Of a stretch of DNA of 64,000 nt, positions 30,861 through 41,189 are shown in pieces. The translations under genes were made by a program, and so were the position numbers. Numbering within the stretch: position 1 is the first letter of the stretch; every line of letters begins with the position of its first letter. This DNA comes from Desulfobacterales bacterium. GTDB lineage: Bacteria > Desulfobacterota > Desulfobacteria > Desulfobacterales > UBA5852. The notes under the pieces are model-generated. The model was given only the letters and a program-made list of their open reading frames with translations. It made no database searches and was not told the origin of the DNA. Location: NCBI GenBank assembly GCA_963674755.2, contig CAXXVS010000001.1:1216001-1280000 (forward strand), in the 5' to 3' direction.

Positions 30861-30878
30861 AAGTGAAGAAATTTACAA
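30861..30878. promoter_or_regulatory. Possible Rex (NADH/NAD+ sensor) operator in the tmc upstream region
   Basis: Minus strand TTGTAAA-TTTC-TTCACTT matches 11 of 14 positions of TTGTGAA-N4-TTCACAA. Confidence 0.35.
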
Positions 30879-31059
30879 CAAGATGCGGAAAAACACAATC
30901 CAAAAGCGCTCATAACCCCTAAAAACTAACTTTCTATTTTGATAACGGTTAGTTGGTGAATTAAGGCGGTGTGTCGGGAAAGGCCGCACGACTGTTATGT
31001 TTGGCAATGCTGCCATGGCGAGCGGTCCGGAAGAAGCATTGACGGTTCTTTATCCAGGT

Positions 31060-31088
31060 TTGACAGAGAGGTACCCTTTACCTATAGT
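31060..31088 (+). promoter_or_regulatory. sigma70 promoter of the lytic transglycosylase gene
   Basis: TTGACA-N17-TATAGT, about 55 bp upstream of the ATG at 31143. Confidence 0.7.
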
Positions 31089-31142
31089 TTTGCTTTCAAG
31101 CCCAACCCGGCGCGAACATTTTTTCCCCCAAAGAGGCAGTCT

Positions 31143-32252
31143 ATGATTTGGCAGCGGTTAGCGACAATGGGCATGGTGGTTTTCATGCTGGTAGGGGGGA
31201 CGGTTTCTTCCTGGGGAGAACCGGCCGGTATTCCGCCACTGGAGGAAAGTATCCGCCACTTGCCAGTTCTTGATTTTTGTGGCGAGCCTGTACCGTTGGA
31301 CGATCCCGATGTAAAAGAACGTATGGACAAGGAGTTGCTGTTGTCGCTGTGGGATCGGGATCAGGCCCTTTTGTGGCTGAAGCGCTCGACCCGGTATTTC
31401 CCCTTGATCGAGAAGATGCTTTCCGAGGCCGGATTGCCGGATGACCTGAAATATGTCGCCCTGGCCGAGAGCGCCCTGCGGCCGCATGTCGGCTCACCCA
31501 AAGGCGCGATCGGCTTCTGGCAGTTCCTGCCGGAGACCGGCCGCCGTTACGGTCTGACGATCAATGACGCCATCGATCAACGCCGCAACCTGGCCGCCTC
31601 GACCAAAGCGGCCCTTGCCTATTACCATGACCTGCATGAACGCTTTGGCTCCTGGAGTTTGGCCGTGACGGCGTTCAACATGGGTGAGGAGGGGCTTGAG
31701 GCGGAAATCATGGCCCAGGGCGTGCGGGATTTCTATCGTCTCTATCTGTCGTTGGAAACCCAGCGCTATCTTTTCAGGATCCTCTCGGCCAAGCTGATCT
31801 TAACGCAACCGCAAGCCTACGGTTTTGATTTGCAGGCCACAGATTATTACCCGCCGCTCCAATTTGCCTCCATCGAACTGACCTGCTTCGAAGAGACCAG
31901 CTTGACGGTGGTGGCCCAAGCGGCCAAGACGGATTTCAAACGCATCAAAGATCTGAACCCGGAATTGCGCGGCCATTATCTGGCCGCGGGAACCTATATC
32001 CTGGCGGTTCCGGAAGATGGGGCGCCCGGTTTCCACGAACGGTTCGCAAAACTGCACGCAGAGTGGGTTTCCCAAAGGAAGGCTCGGGTCTATGTTGTCC
32101 AGCCGGGGGATAATCTTACCACCATCGCCGAGCAGTTCCGGGTTCCCTTGCCAGCCATCCTGATCTGGAACCGCATCGATATGAGTCGTCCCATCCATCC
32201 CGGCGATCGCCTGGTGATCTACCCCTTCGAGGAAAACACGGAGGATCCCTGA
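31143..32252 (+). CDS. MltD-like lytic transglycosylase (SLT domain plus C-terminal LysM)
   Basis: ALAESAL, GAIGFWQF, AFNMG, ETQRY and LysM YVVQPGDNLTTIA. N-terminal signal. Confidence 0.88.
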   Translation: MIWQRLATMGMVVFMLVGGTVSSWGEPAGIPPLEESIRHLPVLDFCGEPVPLDDPDVKERMDKELLLSLWDRDQALLWLKRSTRYFPLIEKMLSEAGLPDDLKYVALAESALRPHVGSPKGAIGFWQFLPETGRRYGLTINDAIDQRRNLAASTKAALAYYHDLHERFGSWSLAVTAFNMGEEGLEAEIMAQGVRDFYRLYLSLETQRYLFRILSAKLILTQPQAYGFDLQATDYYPPLQFASIELTCFEETSLTVVAQAAKTDFKRIKDLNPELRGHYLAAGTYILAVPEDGAPGFHERFAKLHAEWVSQRKARVYVVQPGDNLTTIAEQFRVPLPAILIWNRIDMSRPIHPGDRLVIYPFEENTEDP

Positions 32253-32286
32253 TTTTTATCGAGGCCGACCGGTGGAAAGCGCCTGT

Positions 32287-32589
32287 TCAGGGGAGTTTGA
32301 TTTTCCGGCGGGAGAGTTTGGCAGCCGGGCGGTAGAGGATGGCGACATGCCCGATCATGCCGGCCCGGGAACAGTGCGTCTGGTGGCAGATGGCATCGAC
32401 CACTCGGTTTTTGTCTTCCCGGTCTTTATTTTCAATGAATTTGACCTTGATCAGTTCGTGTTTTTCCAGGGCGGCTTCCAGCGATGCCAGAACCTCGTCG
32501 GTCAATCCGTTTTTGCCAACGAAAACCACGGGGTTCAGTGGATGGGCCAGGCTTCGCAAGAATTTAGTCTGTTGGCTGGTAAGTGGCAT
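32287..32589 (-). CDS. yhbY: CRM-domain ribosome assembly RNA-binding protein
   Basis: LRSLAHPLNPVVFVGKNG, HELIKVK and IGHVAILYR. Confidence 0.92.
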   Translation of the reverse strand: MPLTSQQTKFLRSLAHPLNPVVFVGKNGLTDEVLASLEAALEKHELIKVKFIENKDREDKNRVVDAICHQTHCSRAGMIGHVAILYRPAAKLSRRKIKLP

Positions 32590-32667
32590 GGGTTAATTGT
32601 CATCCATTTGAAAAAGGTTGTGGAGGCTTTGGCGCACCGCGCGTTAGCTATGAAATTGGTCTCCGGT

Positions 32668-33630
32668 TCAGTTGCGGGTGACCATCAGCCGCATCGACAG
32701 CTGCTCACCGGCCGATGTGCGGCCGGCGCTTAAAATCTGGCTGTAAATTTCCTGGGTGGCCTCATTGGCGCCGGCAATCTCAACCCACTGTCCCAGAGGC
32801 ACGTTCAACCGGGTGGACGCTTCGGCAAAACGGATCGGCTGTCTGAAACCACGTGCATCCAAATAGCTGATATGGGGCGTAATTTCGAGCTGGACCATTT
32901 CGCCCACGAGAACCGGCCGGACATCGTAGCCGGTATCCACCTTTTTAAATGTCACCGGACCGCTGGTGTGGCCGTGTCCACGGGAGAGGCGGGACCAGCG
33001 TTCAGGATAGGGGACATCATAGCCCGAACTGATGTAGGCCGTGCTGCCGGATCGCACCATGACCATATAATCCCCCTTGCTTTGGCGTTGCCCTTGGCCT
33101 GCGGACAGCTCCGCTTCGATGCCTGTCGAGGCCTTATCGCCGGCCTCGATGGTGGCATCCCCCACCTGCACCCGGCCCTCAACCGAAGCCGATTGACCCT
33201 GACGGGATTTGTCATAGCCGTATTGAACGCGGATCCTGAGCTGCGGCACGGGCTGATCGATACGGGCAACCAGGGCGCGAATCTGGTTTACCACCGCCGG
33301 TTGATCGATGACGATCAGGGAATTGCTGGGGCCATCGGCGGAAATATAGCCGTACGGGCTGACCAGCGGCTGCACGATGGTCAGCATTTCGTTCACATCC
33401 CGGTTGATGATGCGAATCTGGACCACCTCTTCGGCCGCCGCAGCCGGGAATACCAGCCCGGCAAGGGCCGCCATGAGTATCACAGGGATGAGAAGGGGTA
33501 TCCGCCTTTGACGCCGGCCCGGATGCGTGCCAGGGCACCGGATGTCACCGACTGCGGCGCCGATGGGCTCCCGGATCGCACCATCGGATAAGGTTTCTCT
33601 TGTCTGCAAAGCATGCATAGCGGCTCTCAT
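32668..33630 (-). CDS. Secretin N-domain (NolW-like) / short secretin-like exported protein
   Basis: Signal-like segment, ISADGPSNSLIVID...IDQPVPQLRI (secretin N domain) and PLGQWVEIAG. Start uncertain. Confidence 0.65.
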   Translation of the reverse strand: MRAAMHALQTRETLSDGAIREPIGAAVGDIRCPGTHPGRRQRRIPLLIPVILMAALAGLVFPAAAAEEVVQIRIINRDVNEMLTIVQPLVSPYGYISADGPSNSLIVIDQPAVVNQIRALVARIDQPVPQLRIRVQYGYDKSRQGQSASVEGRVQVGDATIEAGDKASTGIEAELSAGQGQRQSKGDYMVMVRSGSTAYISSGYDVPYPERWSRLSRGHGHTSGPVTFKKVDTGYDVRPVLVGEMVQLEITPHISYLDARGFRQPIRFAEASTRLNVPLGQWVEIAGANEATQEIYSQILSAGRTSAGEQLSMRLMVTRN

Positions 33631-33705
33631 AAGGTGCTATCTACGATCAATCCGCGTTTTGTGGCGCTGGCCGTGAAAATCCCTGAGGCCATGGCCCCTT
33701 GGTGC

Positions 33706-34929
33706 TCAATCCAGGGCATTCCCAATACGTTCCATGGCATCCAGGACCTTTTCATGATCATTAAAGGCGCTGATGCGAATGTAGCCCTCGCCGCAGCGGC
33801 CAAAGCCCGGCCCCGGCGTACAAACGACGCCGGCTCTGTTCAGGAGCTTGTCGAAAAAGTCCCAGGCATCTCCGCCGGTATTGATCCAGACATAGGGGGA
33901 GTTCTCCCCGCCAATGAGGTCGAATCCCAAGGCCGACATCCGTTCACGAATCACGGCGGCATTTTTAAGGTAATAATCGATCAGGATTTTGGTCTGAATC
34001 CCCCCTTCGGCTGAGTAGACTGCGGCGGCCGCCCTCTGGACGGGATAGGAGACGCCATTGAATTTGGTCGTGTGGCGACGGTTCCAAAGGGTGTGTAACA
34101 CATGTTGGTGGCCCTCACTATCGTAGGCCCGGCACGCTTTGGGAACGACGGTGTAGGCACAGCGCGTACCGGTGAAGCCGGCGGTTTTGGAGAAGCTGCG
34201 AAATTCGATGGCCACTTCCCGGGCCCCCTCGATCTCATAGATCGAGTGGGGCAATGAATCGTCACGGATGAAGGCTTCATAGGCTGCATCGAACAAGATC
34301 AGGGCCTGGTTATCACGGGCGAAGGCGACCCACTGGGCAAGTGCTTCCCGGTCGATGGTGGCGCCCGTGGGATTGTTGGGAAAGCAAAGGTAAATCAAAT
34401 CGACCGGCTCCTCGGGGAAGGCGGGGATGAAGCCATTGGCCGGCGTGCTGGGCATATAGACGACCTCGCCATAGCGGCCTTCCTTGTAGATGCCCGTGCG
34501 GCCCGCCATGACATTGGTATCGATGTAGACCGGATACACCGGGTCCGGTATGGCAACTTTGATATCCGTGGCAAAAAGCTCCTGGATATTGGCCGTATCA
34601 CATTTCGATCCGTCGCTGATGAAAATTTCGCTGGAATCGATGTCGGCATTGCGCGCCTGGAAGTCATGTTGGGCGATTTTTTCCCGCAAAAAGGGGTAAC
34701 CCTGTTCCGGGCCGTATCCTTTGAAGGTGGCCCCTTGGGCCATTTCATCAACACCTTCGTGAAAGGCCCTGATGCAAGCTTCGGGCAGCGGGCGCGTTAC
34801 ATCGCCGATACCGAGTTTGATGACATCCGTGTCCGGGTTCGCTTTCTGGAAAGCGTTCACACGTTTGGCGATTTCACTGAATAAATAGGAAGATTGCAGC
34901 TTGCGGTAATTTTCGTTGATCCGAATCAT
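33706..34929 (-). CDS. dapL: LL-diaminopimelate aminotransferase
   Basis: [29 protein letters not shown] and [13 protein letters not shown]. Confidence 0.96.
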   Translation of the reverse strand: MIRINENYRKLQSSYLFSEIAKRVNAFQKANPDTDVIKLGIGDVTRPLPEACIRAFHEGVDEMAQGATFKGYGPEQGYPFLREKIAQHDFQARNADIDSSEIFISDGSKCDTANIQELFATDIKVAIPDPVYPVYIDTNVMAGRTGIYKEGRYGEVVYMPSTPANGFIPAFPEEPVDLIYLCFPNNPTGATIDREALAQWVAFARDNQALILFDAAYEAFIRDDSLPHSIYEIEGAREVAIEFRSFSKTAGFTGTRCAYTVVPKACRAYDSEGHQHVLHTLWNRRHTTKFNGVSYPVQRAAAAVYSAEGGIQTKILIDYYLKNAAVIRERMSALGFDLIGGENSPYVWINTGGDAWDFFDKLLNRAGVVCTPGPGFGRCGEGYIRISAFNDHEKVLDAMERIGNALD

Positions 34930-36244
34930 CGTTACGTACCTTTCATGCCCCAAGTCGATGTTTGGAACCGGCGGCATCATGTCAGCCGCTTCTACTTTGC
35001 ATCCACCCCTTTTGAGCTCCAGCCGGCGTTCCCGCGCTTTGGAAATCCTCGCCTTATCTCAGCAACGCCTTCGATTTCTACTTAACGGTGGCCTTGACCG
35101 GAACCGAAACCTACCGTCGTTGGACGGCACAAATCGCATGATTTAAACGAATTATTTATACCATGGTCCATAGGCGCTTCTCAAGAATCAATATCGTCGT
35201 GACCAACACTCGTGACCGCAATGCTTTATGCCGACCAACGGTCAATCATATGAATATTAAACGATTGTTTGGGAATCTGAATGCGGCAACCATTTTGAAA
35301 TCCTTCAAGTTGATTGACATGAGAGAAGCATATTTCATAGGTGGACCAAAATTCGGGCTAAACGATCCGGCCAAGCGTCTTGTTATGCATACGGATAGGG
35401 GAGTGGGTTGTCGGGTATGAACAATTTTTAACGCTGCTAATTATACTTAATAGGATATAATTAAATTTTATTATAGCTATATGCAGCCATTATACCCGGA
35501 TCATCATAAAATGATGAACAAAATTTTCCAGGGGAGGGCCGATGGTATCGAAGAGGCGATTACTTTCGGCACACCCACCTGTGTGGCCAGGGGACAGATG
35601 TAAAAAAGGGGGGGGCGCTGAAAGGCTGGGTGCCCAGGCGTGTCCTTCTGGGAGATTATCATGCCCCCCCCCTCAACGCCCTGAAGACATGTGTATTACC
35701 GACATTCCCAAAAGTTTATAATAGATATCATATTGTTATCGCAGATAAATTTGGATAAAAGGGAGGTGGACCAAAAAAAGCAACAAAATTTGATGGTTGC
35801 TAATTAAAGGGGAGGGTGAAGCCCCCCCTCCTGCAATAAGGCCCTGGGCTAGGACGGTTTCTAATACCCCGGGGTAGGACCATGGCGTTGCCGGGGCTTC
35901 AATAAAAAGACACCGTGACAGGGGGGGATCCTGTGGGGGCGATTGTTTCAGCGGGTTCTACCTGCCGGTACCAGGGGAGGGGGGCATACGACCAGAGGGA
36001 TAATCCTTGGAAAGGCAACAAGGGGCTGATGGCCCCCTGTGATTTCGGCGGTGGGGTACGTTGGACCATGGCTAAGGCAAGGCCAACAGACAGAACAGAC
36101 AGTTGGAATTTATCCCGGTCCTGTTTTCGATCTTGTCAATCATGGGGTAGCAGCGCTACAGTATAAAGGTAAAATTCGCGTCCCCAGGTAAAGGGCCCGG
36201 CATGGGCAGGCCACATCAGCAACTCCATCGAAGCACTACAACAG

Positions 36245-37591
36245 ATGCCTGACAATATTACGATCATTGATGACGAGGTCGTTGCCCTCAAGAGGCTGCG
36301 CCGCATCCTGGAAAACCAGGGCCACCGGGTGGCAGCCTTTTCAAGCCCTCGACGGGCTCTCAAGCACCTTGAGAACAATGCCTGCGACCTTGTGGTCAGT
36401 GATGTCAAGATGCCGGGTATGAGTGGATTCGAACTCATGACCCAAGTGCGCAACCGCTTTCCCGGTATGGAGTTCATTCTTATCACAGGCTATGCCTCCC
36501 TGGACGATGCCGTAAGGGCCACCAAAGAGGGCGCTTTTCATTACCTGGCCAAGCCCTTTACCCCGGATCAACTCCGCGAGCGTGTGGCCCAGGCCCTGGA
36601 GCAATGCCGGCTCAAAAAAGCGGCGCAGCCCTCAAATAGTGCGCCAGCCGATCGCGGTATGCCCCTGATGATCGGTGACAGCGCCCAGATGAGGCTGGTC
36701 AAAGAAATGGTTCAGCAGGTTGCCCCCACCGCATGCAATGTGCTCATTACCGGTGATTCGGGAACAGGGAAGGAACTGGTCGCGCGTATGCTCCATGGAT
36801 TGAGTCCGCGTGCGAAGGGGCCTTTTGTGGCCTTTAATTGCGCGTCCCTGACCGAGTCCCTGATTGCCAACGAATTGTTTGGCCATGAGAAAGGGGCTTA
36901 TACCGGCGCGCAAGACAGTCGACCGGGATTGCTTGAAATCGCTGACGGCGGCACGCTTTTCATGGACGAAATCGGGGACATGCCCCATGTCACGCAGGCC
37001 AAGCTGCTGCGCGTTCTCCAGGAGAAAGAAGTTATCCGGGTGGGCGGCACACGCCCTATTCCGCTGGATGTGCGTATTCTGTCAGCCACCAGCAAAGATC
37101 TTAAAGTGGCCGTGGAAAACGGTGCCATGCGCAGCGACTTCTTTTTTCGCATCAATGTCTTCAATATTCACCTGCCTCCCCTGCGCGAGCGTCGGGAAGA
37201 TATTCCTCTGTTGGTTTATCATATTCTCCACCGTTTGCATGGCCAGGGCAGCACGCGCATCAACGCGGTTTCGGCGCAGGCCCTGTCTCTGCTGGCCGGG
37301 TATACCTTTCCCGGCAATGTCCGGGAACTAGAGAATGTCCTGGAACGGGCGGTGGCGGTCTGCCGGGACAATATTATTCGGGCTTCGGATTTGCCGCCGG
37401 ACCTTGTAGAGCTGGACCTGCAGGATTACAGACGCCCTGAGGGAAACCTGATGACGCTGGAAGAGCTCGAACAGGACTACATTGCCCACGTGCTGAGGCA
37501 AACAGGTGGTTTTCGCCGCCAGACGGCCGACATACTGGGGATTGATCGTGCATCACTATGGCGCAAGATGAAGAAATTCGGTTTGGAATAG
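36245..37591 (+). CDS. sigma54-dependent response regulator (NtrC/AtoC family)
   Basis: Receiver domain, ITGDSGTGKE, ELFGHEKGAYTGA, FMDEIG, FPGNVRELEN and a Fis-type HTH. Confidence 0.93.
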   Translation: MPDNITIIDDEVVALKRLRRILENQGHRVAAFSSPRRALKHLENNACDLVVSDVKMPGMSGFELMTQVRNRFPGMEFILITGYASLDDAVRATKEGAFHYLAKPFTPDQLRERVAQALEQCRLKKAAQPSNSAPADRGMPLMIGDSAQMRLVKEMVQQVAPTACNVLITGDSGTGKELVARMLHGLSPRAKGPFVAFNCASLTESLIANELFGHEKGAYTGAQDSRPGLLEIADGGTLFMDEIGDMPHVTQAKLLRVLQEKEVIRVGGTRPIPLDVRILSATSKDLKVAVENGAMRSDFFFRINVFNIHLPPLRERREDIPLLVYHILHRLHGQGSTRINAVSAQALSLLAGYTFPGNVRELENVLERAVAVCRDNIIRASDLPPDLVELDLQDYRRPEGNLMTLEELEQDYIAHVLRQTGGFRRQTADILGIDRASLWRKMKKFGLE

Positions 37592-37695
37592 ACGATCGCC
37601 GGATGATGAACGGTCTATGTAAAACTCCTGGATCAGATGGCGCCGCATGATAGAAAATGATTGGTTTTTCCGATGACCGTATTGTCGTCATCAAA

Positions 37696-37812
37696 TGTTC
37701 GCTTTTGCAACACCATGTTTGATATTGCAACCATTCATTCCTATTCATTCCTGCCGCTGATCTTTTAGCGCATTTGCCCGTAAAGCATGAGGCTATGTTG
37801 CATATTGCAACC
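37696..37812. promoter_or_regulatory. Three TGTTGCA-N3-TGCAAC-type palindromes, probable enhancer (UAS) sites
   Basis: tgttcgcttttgcaaca (37696), tgtttgatattgcaacc (37716) and tgttgcatattgcaacc (37796). Confidence 0.65.
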
Positions 37813-37886
37813 CTCCCTTCCGTTCCATCCTTCTGTATAGTTAAATAAATACAAATATTTCAATTAGATAATATTTTTATCCGATC

Positions 37887-37903
37887 TGGCAGACCATTTG
37901 CTA
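37887..37903 (+). promoter_or_regulatory. sigma54 (-24/-12) promoter
   Basis: TGGCAGACCATTTGCTA has exact GG-N10-GC spacing, about 30 bp before the ATG at 37931, preceded by an AT-rich tract. Confidence 0.75.
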
Positions 37904-37930
37904 TATCCATGCCCCACAGGTGGATGAACT

Positions 37931-38359
37931 ATGTTCCGAGATATCTTGATCATTTTTGACGGCCAGAAGATTTGCCCCGAGGCATTGACCTACACCAAGG
38001 AGCTGTCCGTGCGCATGGACGCCCGGGTGAGTTTCCTGATGTTGATCAACATGTCTTTTCTGGGGCGCTTTTTCTTGGATGCCAAACGCAGCGCCCTAAA
38101 CCGGATCGAAGACCGCGCCGCTCATCTGCTGTCCGAGACGGCCGAAGCATTTATCCAGCAGGGGATTGAAATCCGGTCGGCTTTCCGGGTGGGCGAACCG
38201 GCTCAGGAATTGTTGAAGTTCCTGGCTGTTCACGCGCCGTTTCAAGCCATCATCTGGGGCAGTACGCCGGAGCTGCCGGGCAAAGGCCACTGGATTGCAA
38301 GGGCGTCCGTCAGCATGGAATGCCCGCTGATTTCGGTCAGCAAAAAGGAACGAACCTAG
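37931..38359 (+). CDS. Universal stress protein family protein
   Basis: FRDILIIFDG, RVGEPAQEL and CPLISV. Confidence 0.7.
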   Translation: MFRDILIIFDGQKICPEALTYTKELSVRMDARVSFLMLINMSFLGRFFLDAKRSALNRIEDRAAHLLSETAEAFIQQGIEIRSAFRVGEPAQELLKFLAVHAPFQAIIWGSTPELPGKGHWIARASVSMECPLISVSKKERT

Positions 38360-38462
38360 CCATGGCCCAGGCGTAACGATATCGTTAGAGAAAGATCGCA
38401 TAAACAACGCGCTGTCGACCCGATGGCGACCACATCGACATAACCTGAAAAGCGGAGTGTTC

Positions 38463-40280
38463 ATGGATCCTTTGACAACTGACATGATTCTTGTGATGAG
38501 CATGATTTCTCTGGCGATTTTTCTTTTCATCGTGGAGTGGGTACGTGTGGATGTTGTGGCGATCCTGATGATGGTCAGCTTGCCGCTGTTGCATCTGGTA
38601 ACGCCCAAGGAAGCCTTCGTCGGCATGAGCAGCAACGCCGTCATTTCCATCATCGCCGTAATCATCATCGGGGCGGGGCTGGATCGCACCGGGATTATCA
38701 ACCGCCTGGTGAAGCCGGTGGTGCGCATTGCGGGCAAGAGCGCTTCGGGGGTGACCATCGCCATCTCGCTGACGGTCGCCATTATCTCCAGCTTTATGCA
38801 AAATATCGGCGCGGCCGCTCTGTTCCTGCCGGCCATCCAGCGCATCAGCAAAATGCAGCGCATACCCTTGAGCCGCCTGCTGATGCCGGTGGGCTTCAGC
38901 GCCATCTTAGGCGGTACGATTACCCTGGTGGGCAGCAGTCCCCTGATCCTGCTCAACGACTTGCTGGTGCCGTTCAATTTGGAGCCGTTCGGATTGTTCG
39001 ACGTGACGCCCATCGGCCTGGCATTGGTGTTCAGCGGCATCGCCTGCTTTATTCTATTCGGCCGCTTTATCCTGCCCAGGGGCGAAGAAGAGGGGGGCAA
39101 GGCAAGGCATGAAGGCGGAGACGCCGGGCACGGGGAGGACAACTGGGATTGGGGCGAGATGTACGAGTTGAGCACGCCGGAGGATTTTACCCTTTATCGG
39201 GATCCAGTGACGGTGAGGGATATTACGGTGCGCTATTTATGCAATGTGGTGGCCATGACCGAACCGCCCGATTTCAGGTCGATTTCCCCCTCGTTGGATA
39301 TGCCGCTCCACTCCGGAATCGAAATCGTGGTCTATGGCCGCCGGGAAGATGTCGATCGCTTGGCCGCCCAAGAAGGCCTGACCCTCAAGGATCGCCTGGA
39401 CACGTATAAAAACGACTTGGACGCCACTCAGTCGGGAATCGTTGAGGCGGTGGTTTCGCCACGATCCAATCTGGTCGGTAAAACCCTCCATGATGTCAAT
39501 CTGAGAGACCGTTTTCGCATCAGTCCCTTATGCATTTATCGGCAGGAGGAACTCTACCGCGCCCAAATGAAAGATATCCCGCTGCAGGTGGGCGACGTGA
39601 TACGGCTCTTCGGTACATGGAAGCGCCTGAAAGTCCTGCAGCAGGAAGGCGGCCTTCTGTTTAGCATCCCGACCGAGATGGAATACATGCGCCCCGAAAA
39701 AGCACTGTGGGCCGGTCTCTGGCTGACGGTGGCCCTGGTCATGATTATGGCGTTTAAAATTCAACTCTCCGTTTCCCTGATGACCGGCGCATTGGGAATG
39801 GTTCTAACCCGTGTGTTAAGCATCGATGAAGCTTACAACTCGGTCGACTGGCGGACCATTTTTCTGCTGGCCGGCTTGATCCCCCTGGGCATCGCCACTG
39901 AAAAGTCGGGCACCGCCGCCTGGATCGCCCATGCGGTCCTCAATTTAATCGGAACGGTGTCGCCGATTACCCTCCTGGGCGTCATTGGCATTTTATCCAC
40001 GCTTTTCACGCTGGTCATATCCAATGTGGGCGCTACGGTGCTCTTGGTACCACTGGTTGTCAACATGGCCGTGGCGGCGCATACTGACCCCCGCATGGCG
40101 GCTCTGGTGGTGGGGTTGGCCACGAGTAATTCATTTGTGCTGCCGACCCACCAGGTCAATGCGCTGTATATGGGGCCGGGCCGTTATCGGACCGTTGACT
40201 ACATGAAATCGGGGCTGCTGGTCAGTATCGTGTTTCTCATCGTCATGATCGCCATGATTGCGCTGATCTATGGGGTGTAG
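38463..40280 (+). CDS. SLC13/DASS-like permease with TrkA-C (RCK_C) domains
   Basis: RVDVVA, SSFMQNIGA, LGGTITLVGSSP, a central soluble domain (SPRSNLVGKTL, LQVGD), ISNVGAT and PTHQVN. Confidence 0.88.
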   Translation: MDPLTTDMILVMSMISLAIFLFIVEWVRVDVVAILMMVSLPLLHLVTPKEAFVGMSSNAVISIIAVIIIGAGLDRTGIINRLVKPVVRIAGKSASGVTIAISLTVAIISSFMQNIGAAALFLPAIQRISKMQRIPLSRLLMPVGFSAILGGTITLVGSSPLILLNDLLVPFNLEPFGLFDVTPIGLALVFSGIACFILFGRFILPRGEEEGGKARHEGGDAGHGEDNWDWGEMYELSTPEDFTLYRDPVTVRDITVRYLCNVVAMTEPPDFRSISPSLDMPLHSGIEIVVYGRREDVDRLAAQEGLTLKDRLDTYKNDLDATQSGIVEAVVSPRSNLVGKTLHDVNLRDRFRISPLCIYRQEELYRAQMKDIPLQVGDVIRLFGTWKRLKVLQQEGGLLFSIPTEMEYMRPEKALWAGLWLTVALVMIMAFKIQLSVSLMTGALGMVLTRVLSIDEAYNSVDWRTIFLLAGLIPLGIATEKSGTAAWIAHAVLNLIGTVSPITLLGVIGILSTLFTLVISNVGATVLLVPLVVNMAVAAHTDPRMAALVVGLATSNSFVLPTHQVNALYMGPGRYRTVDYMKSGLLVSIVFLIVMIAMIALIYGV

Positions 40281-40321
40281 GGCCGCATCCGCAAAATTCG
40301 ACAGATCTATAAGGAGATTAC

Positions 40322-41134
40322 ATGGGGGTTATCACCATATCAAGAGGATCCTATTCCATGGGCAAGGCTGTTGCGGAGAAGGTGGCGGAACAGCTTGGTT
40401 ATGACGTCGTCAGCCGGGATCTGCTCCTGAGCGCCAGCGAGCGTTTTCATGTGCCGGAAATCCGTCTCGTCCGTGCCATCCACGATGCGCCTGGCATTCT
40501 GGCGCGCCTGCGGCACAATAAGCAATCCTACCTGGCCTTCATTCAGGCTGCCCTGACCGAGCGTGTATGCCAGGACAATGTGGTTTATCACGGGTTGGCG
40601 GGTCACCTGCTGCTTTGGCAGATACCCGGAGTGCTTAAAGTGCGCATTACCGCCGATCTGGAAACGCGGGTGGTCAACGAGATGCAGCGCGAAGGGATCA
40701 GTGCCCAGGAAGCCCGCGAGATCATCATGGAGGACGACCACCAGCGCCGCAAATGGACCCAAAGCCTGCACGGATTCGATCCCTGGGACAGCAACTTGTA
40801 CGACCTCGTCATTCGTATCGACCGGCTGACGGTCGATGATGCGGCGGATTTTATCTGCCGGGCGGCCCAACGCGACGGCTTCCGAACAAGCGAGAAACTG
40901 CTCCAGACCATGAAAGATCTGGCCTTGGCCAGCCGCATCAAGGCCGAGCTGGTGGAGAATTTCCCCGCACTGGGCGTCAAATCGGAATACGGCAACGTCA
41001 TCATTTACACCAAAGACAAAGGGCATGCCGGCACGGCGCTGCACAAACGGCTGGAAGCCATTCGCAAGACGGCCGACGATATCTACAATTTGGAAGTCCA
41101 TTCGGTGAAAAGCATTCCTCGGGAGGCGGTCTGA
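40322..41134 (+). CDS. Cytidylate-kinase-like family protein, probable C-terminal BON-like domain
   Basis: VITISRGSYSMG, LKVRITA and YDLVI. Confidence 0.78.
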   Translation: MGVITISRGSYSMGKAVAEKVAEQLGYDVVSRDLLLSASERFHVPEIRLVRAIHDAPGILARLRHNKQSYLAFIQAALTERVCQDNVVYHGLAGHLLLWQIPGVLKVRITADLETRVVNEMQREGISAQEAREIIMEDDHQRRKWTQSLHGFDPWDSNLYDLVIRIDRLTVDDAADFICRAAQRDGFRTSEKLLQTMKDLALASRIKAELVENFPALGVKSEYGNVIIYTKDKGHAGTALHKRLEAIRKTADDIYNLEVHSVKSIPREAV

Positions 41135-41189
41135 TTTACACCGCAACATGGCGGACCGGTCTCTCGTACCGACGGAAAAGGAGAACATC

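Noticed and set aside
35163..36166. Short ORFs in the dapL-activator spacer
   Set aside because: No clear RBS, atypical composition and no recognisable motifs.
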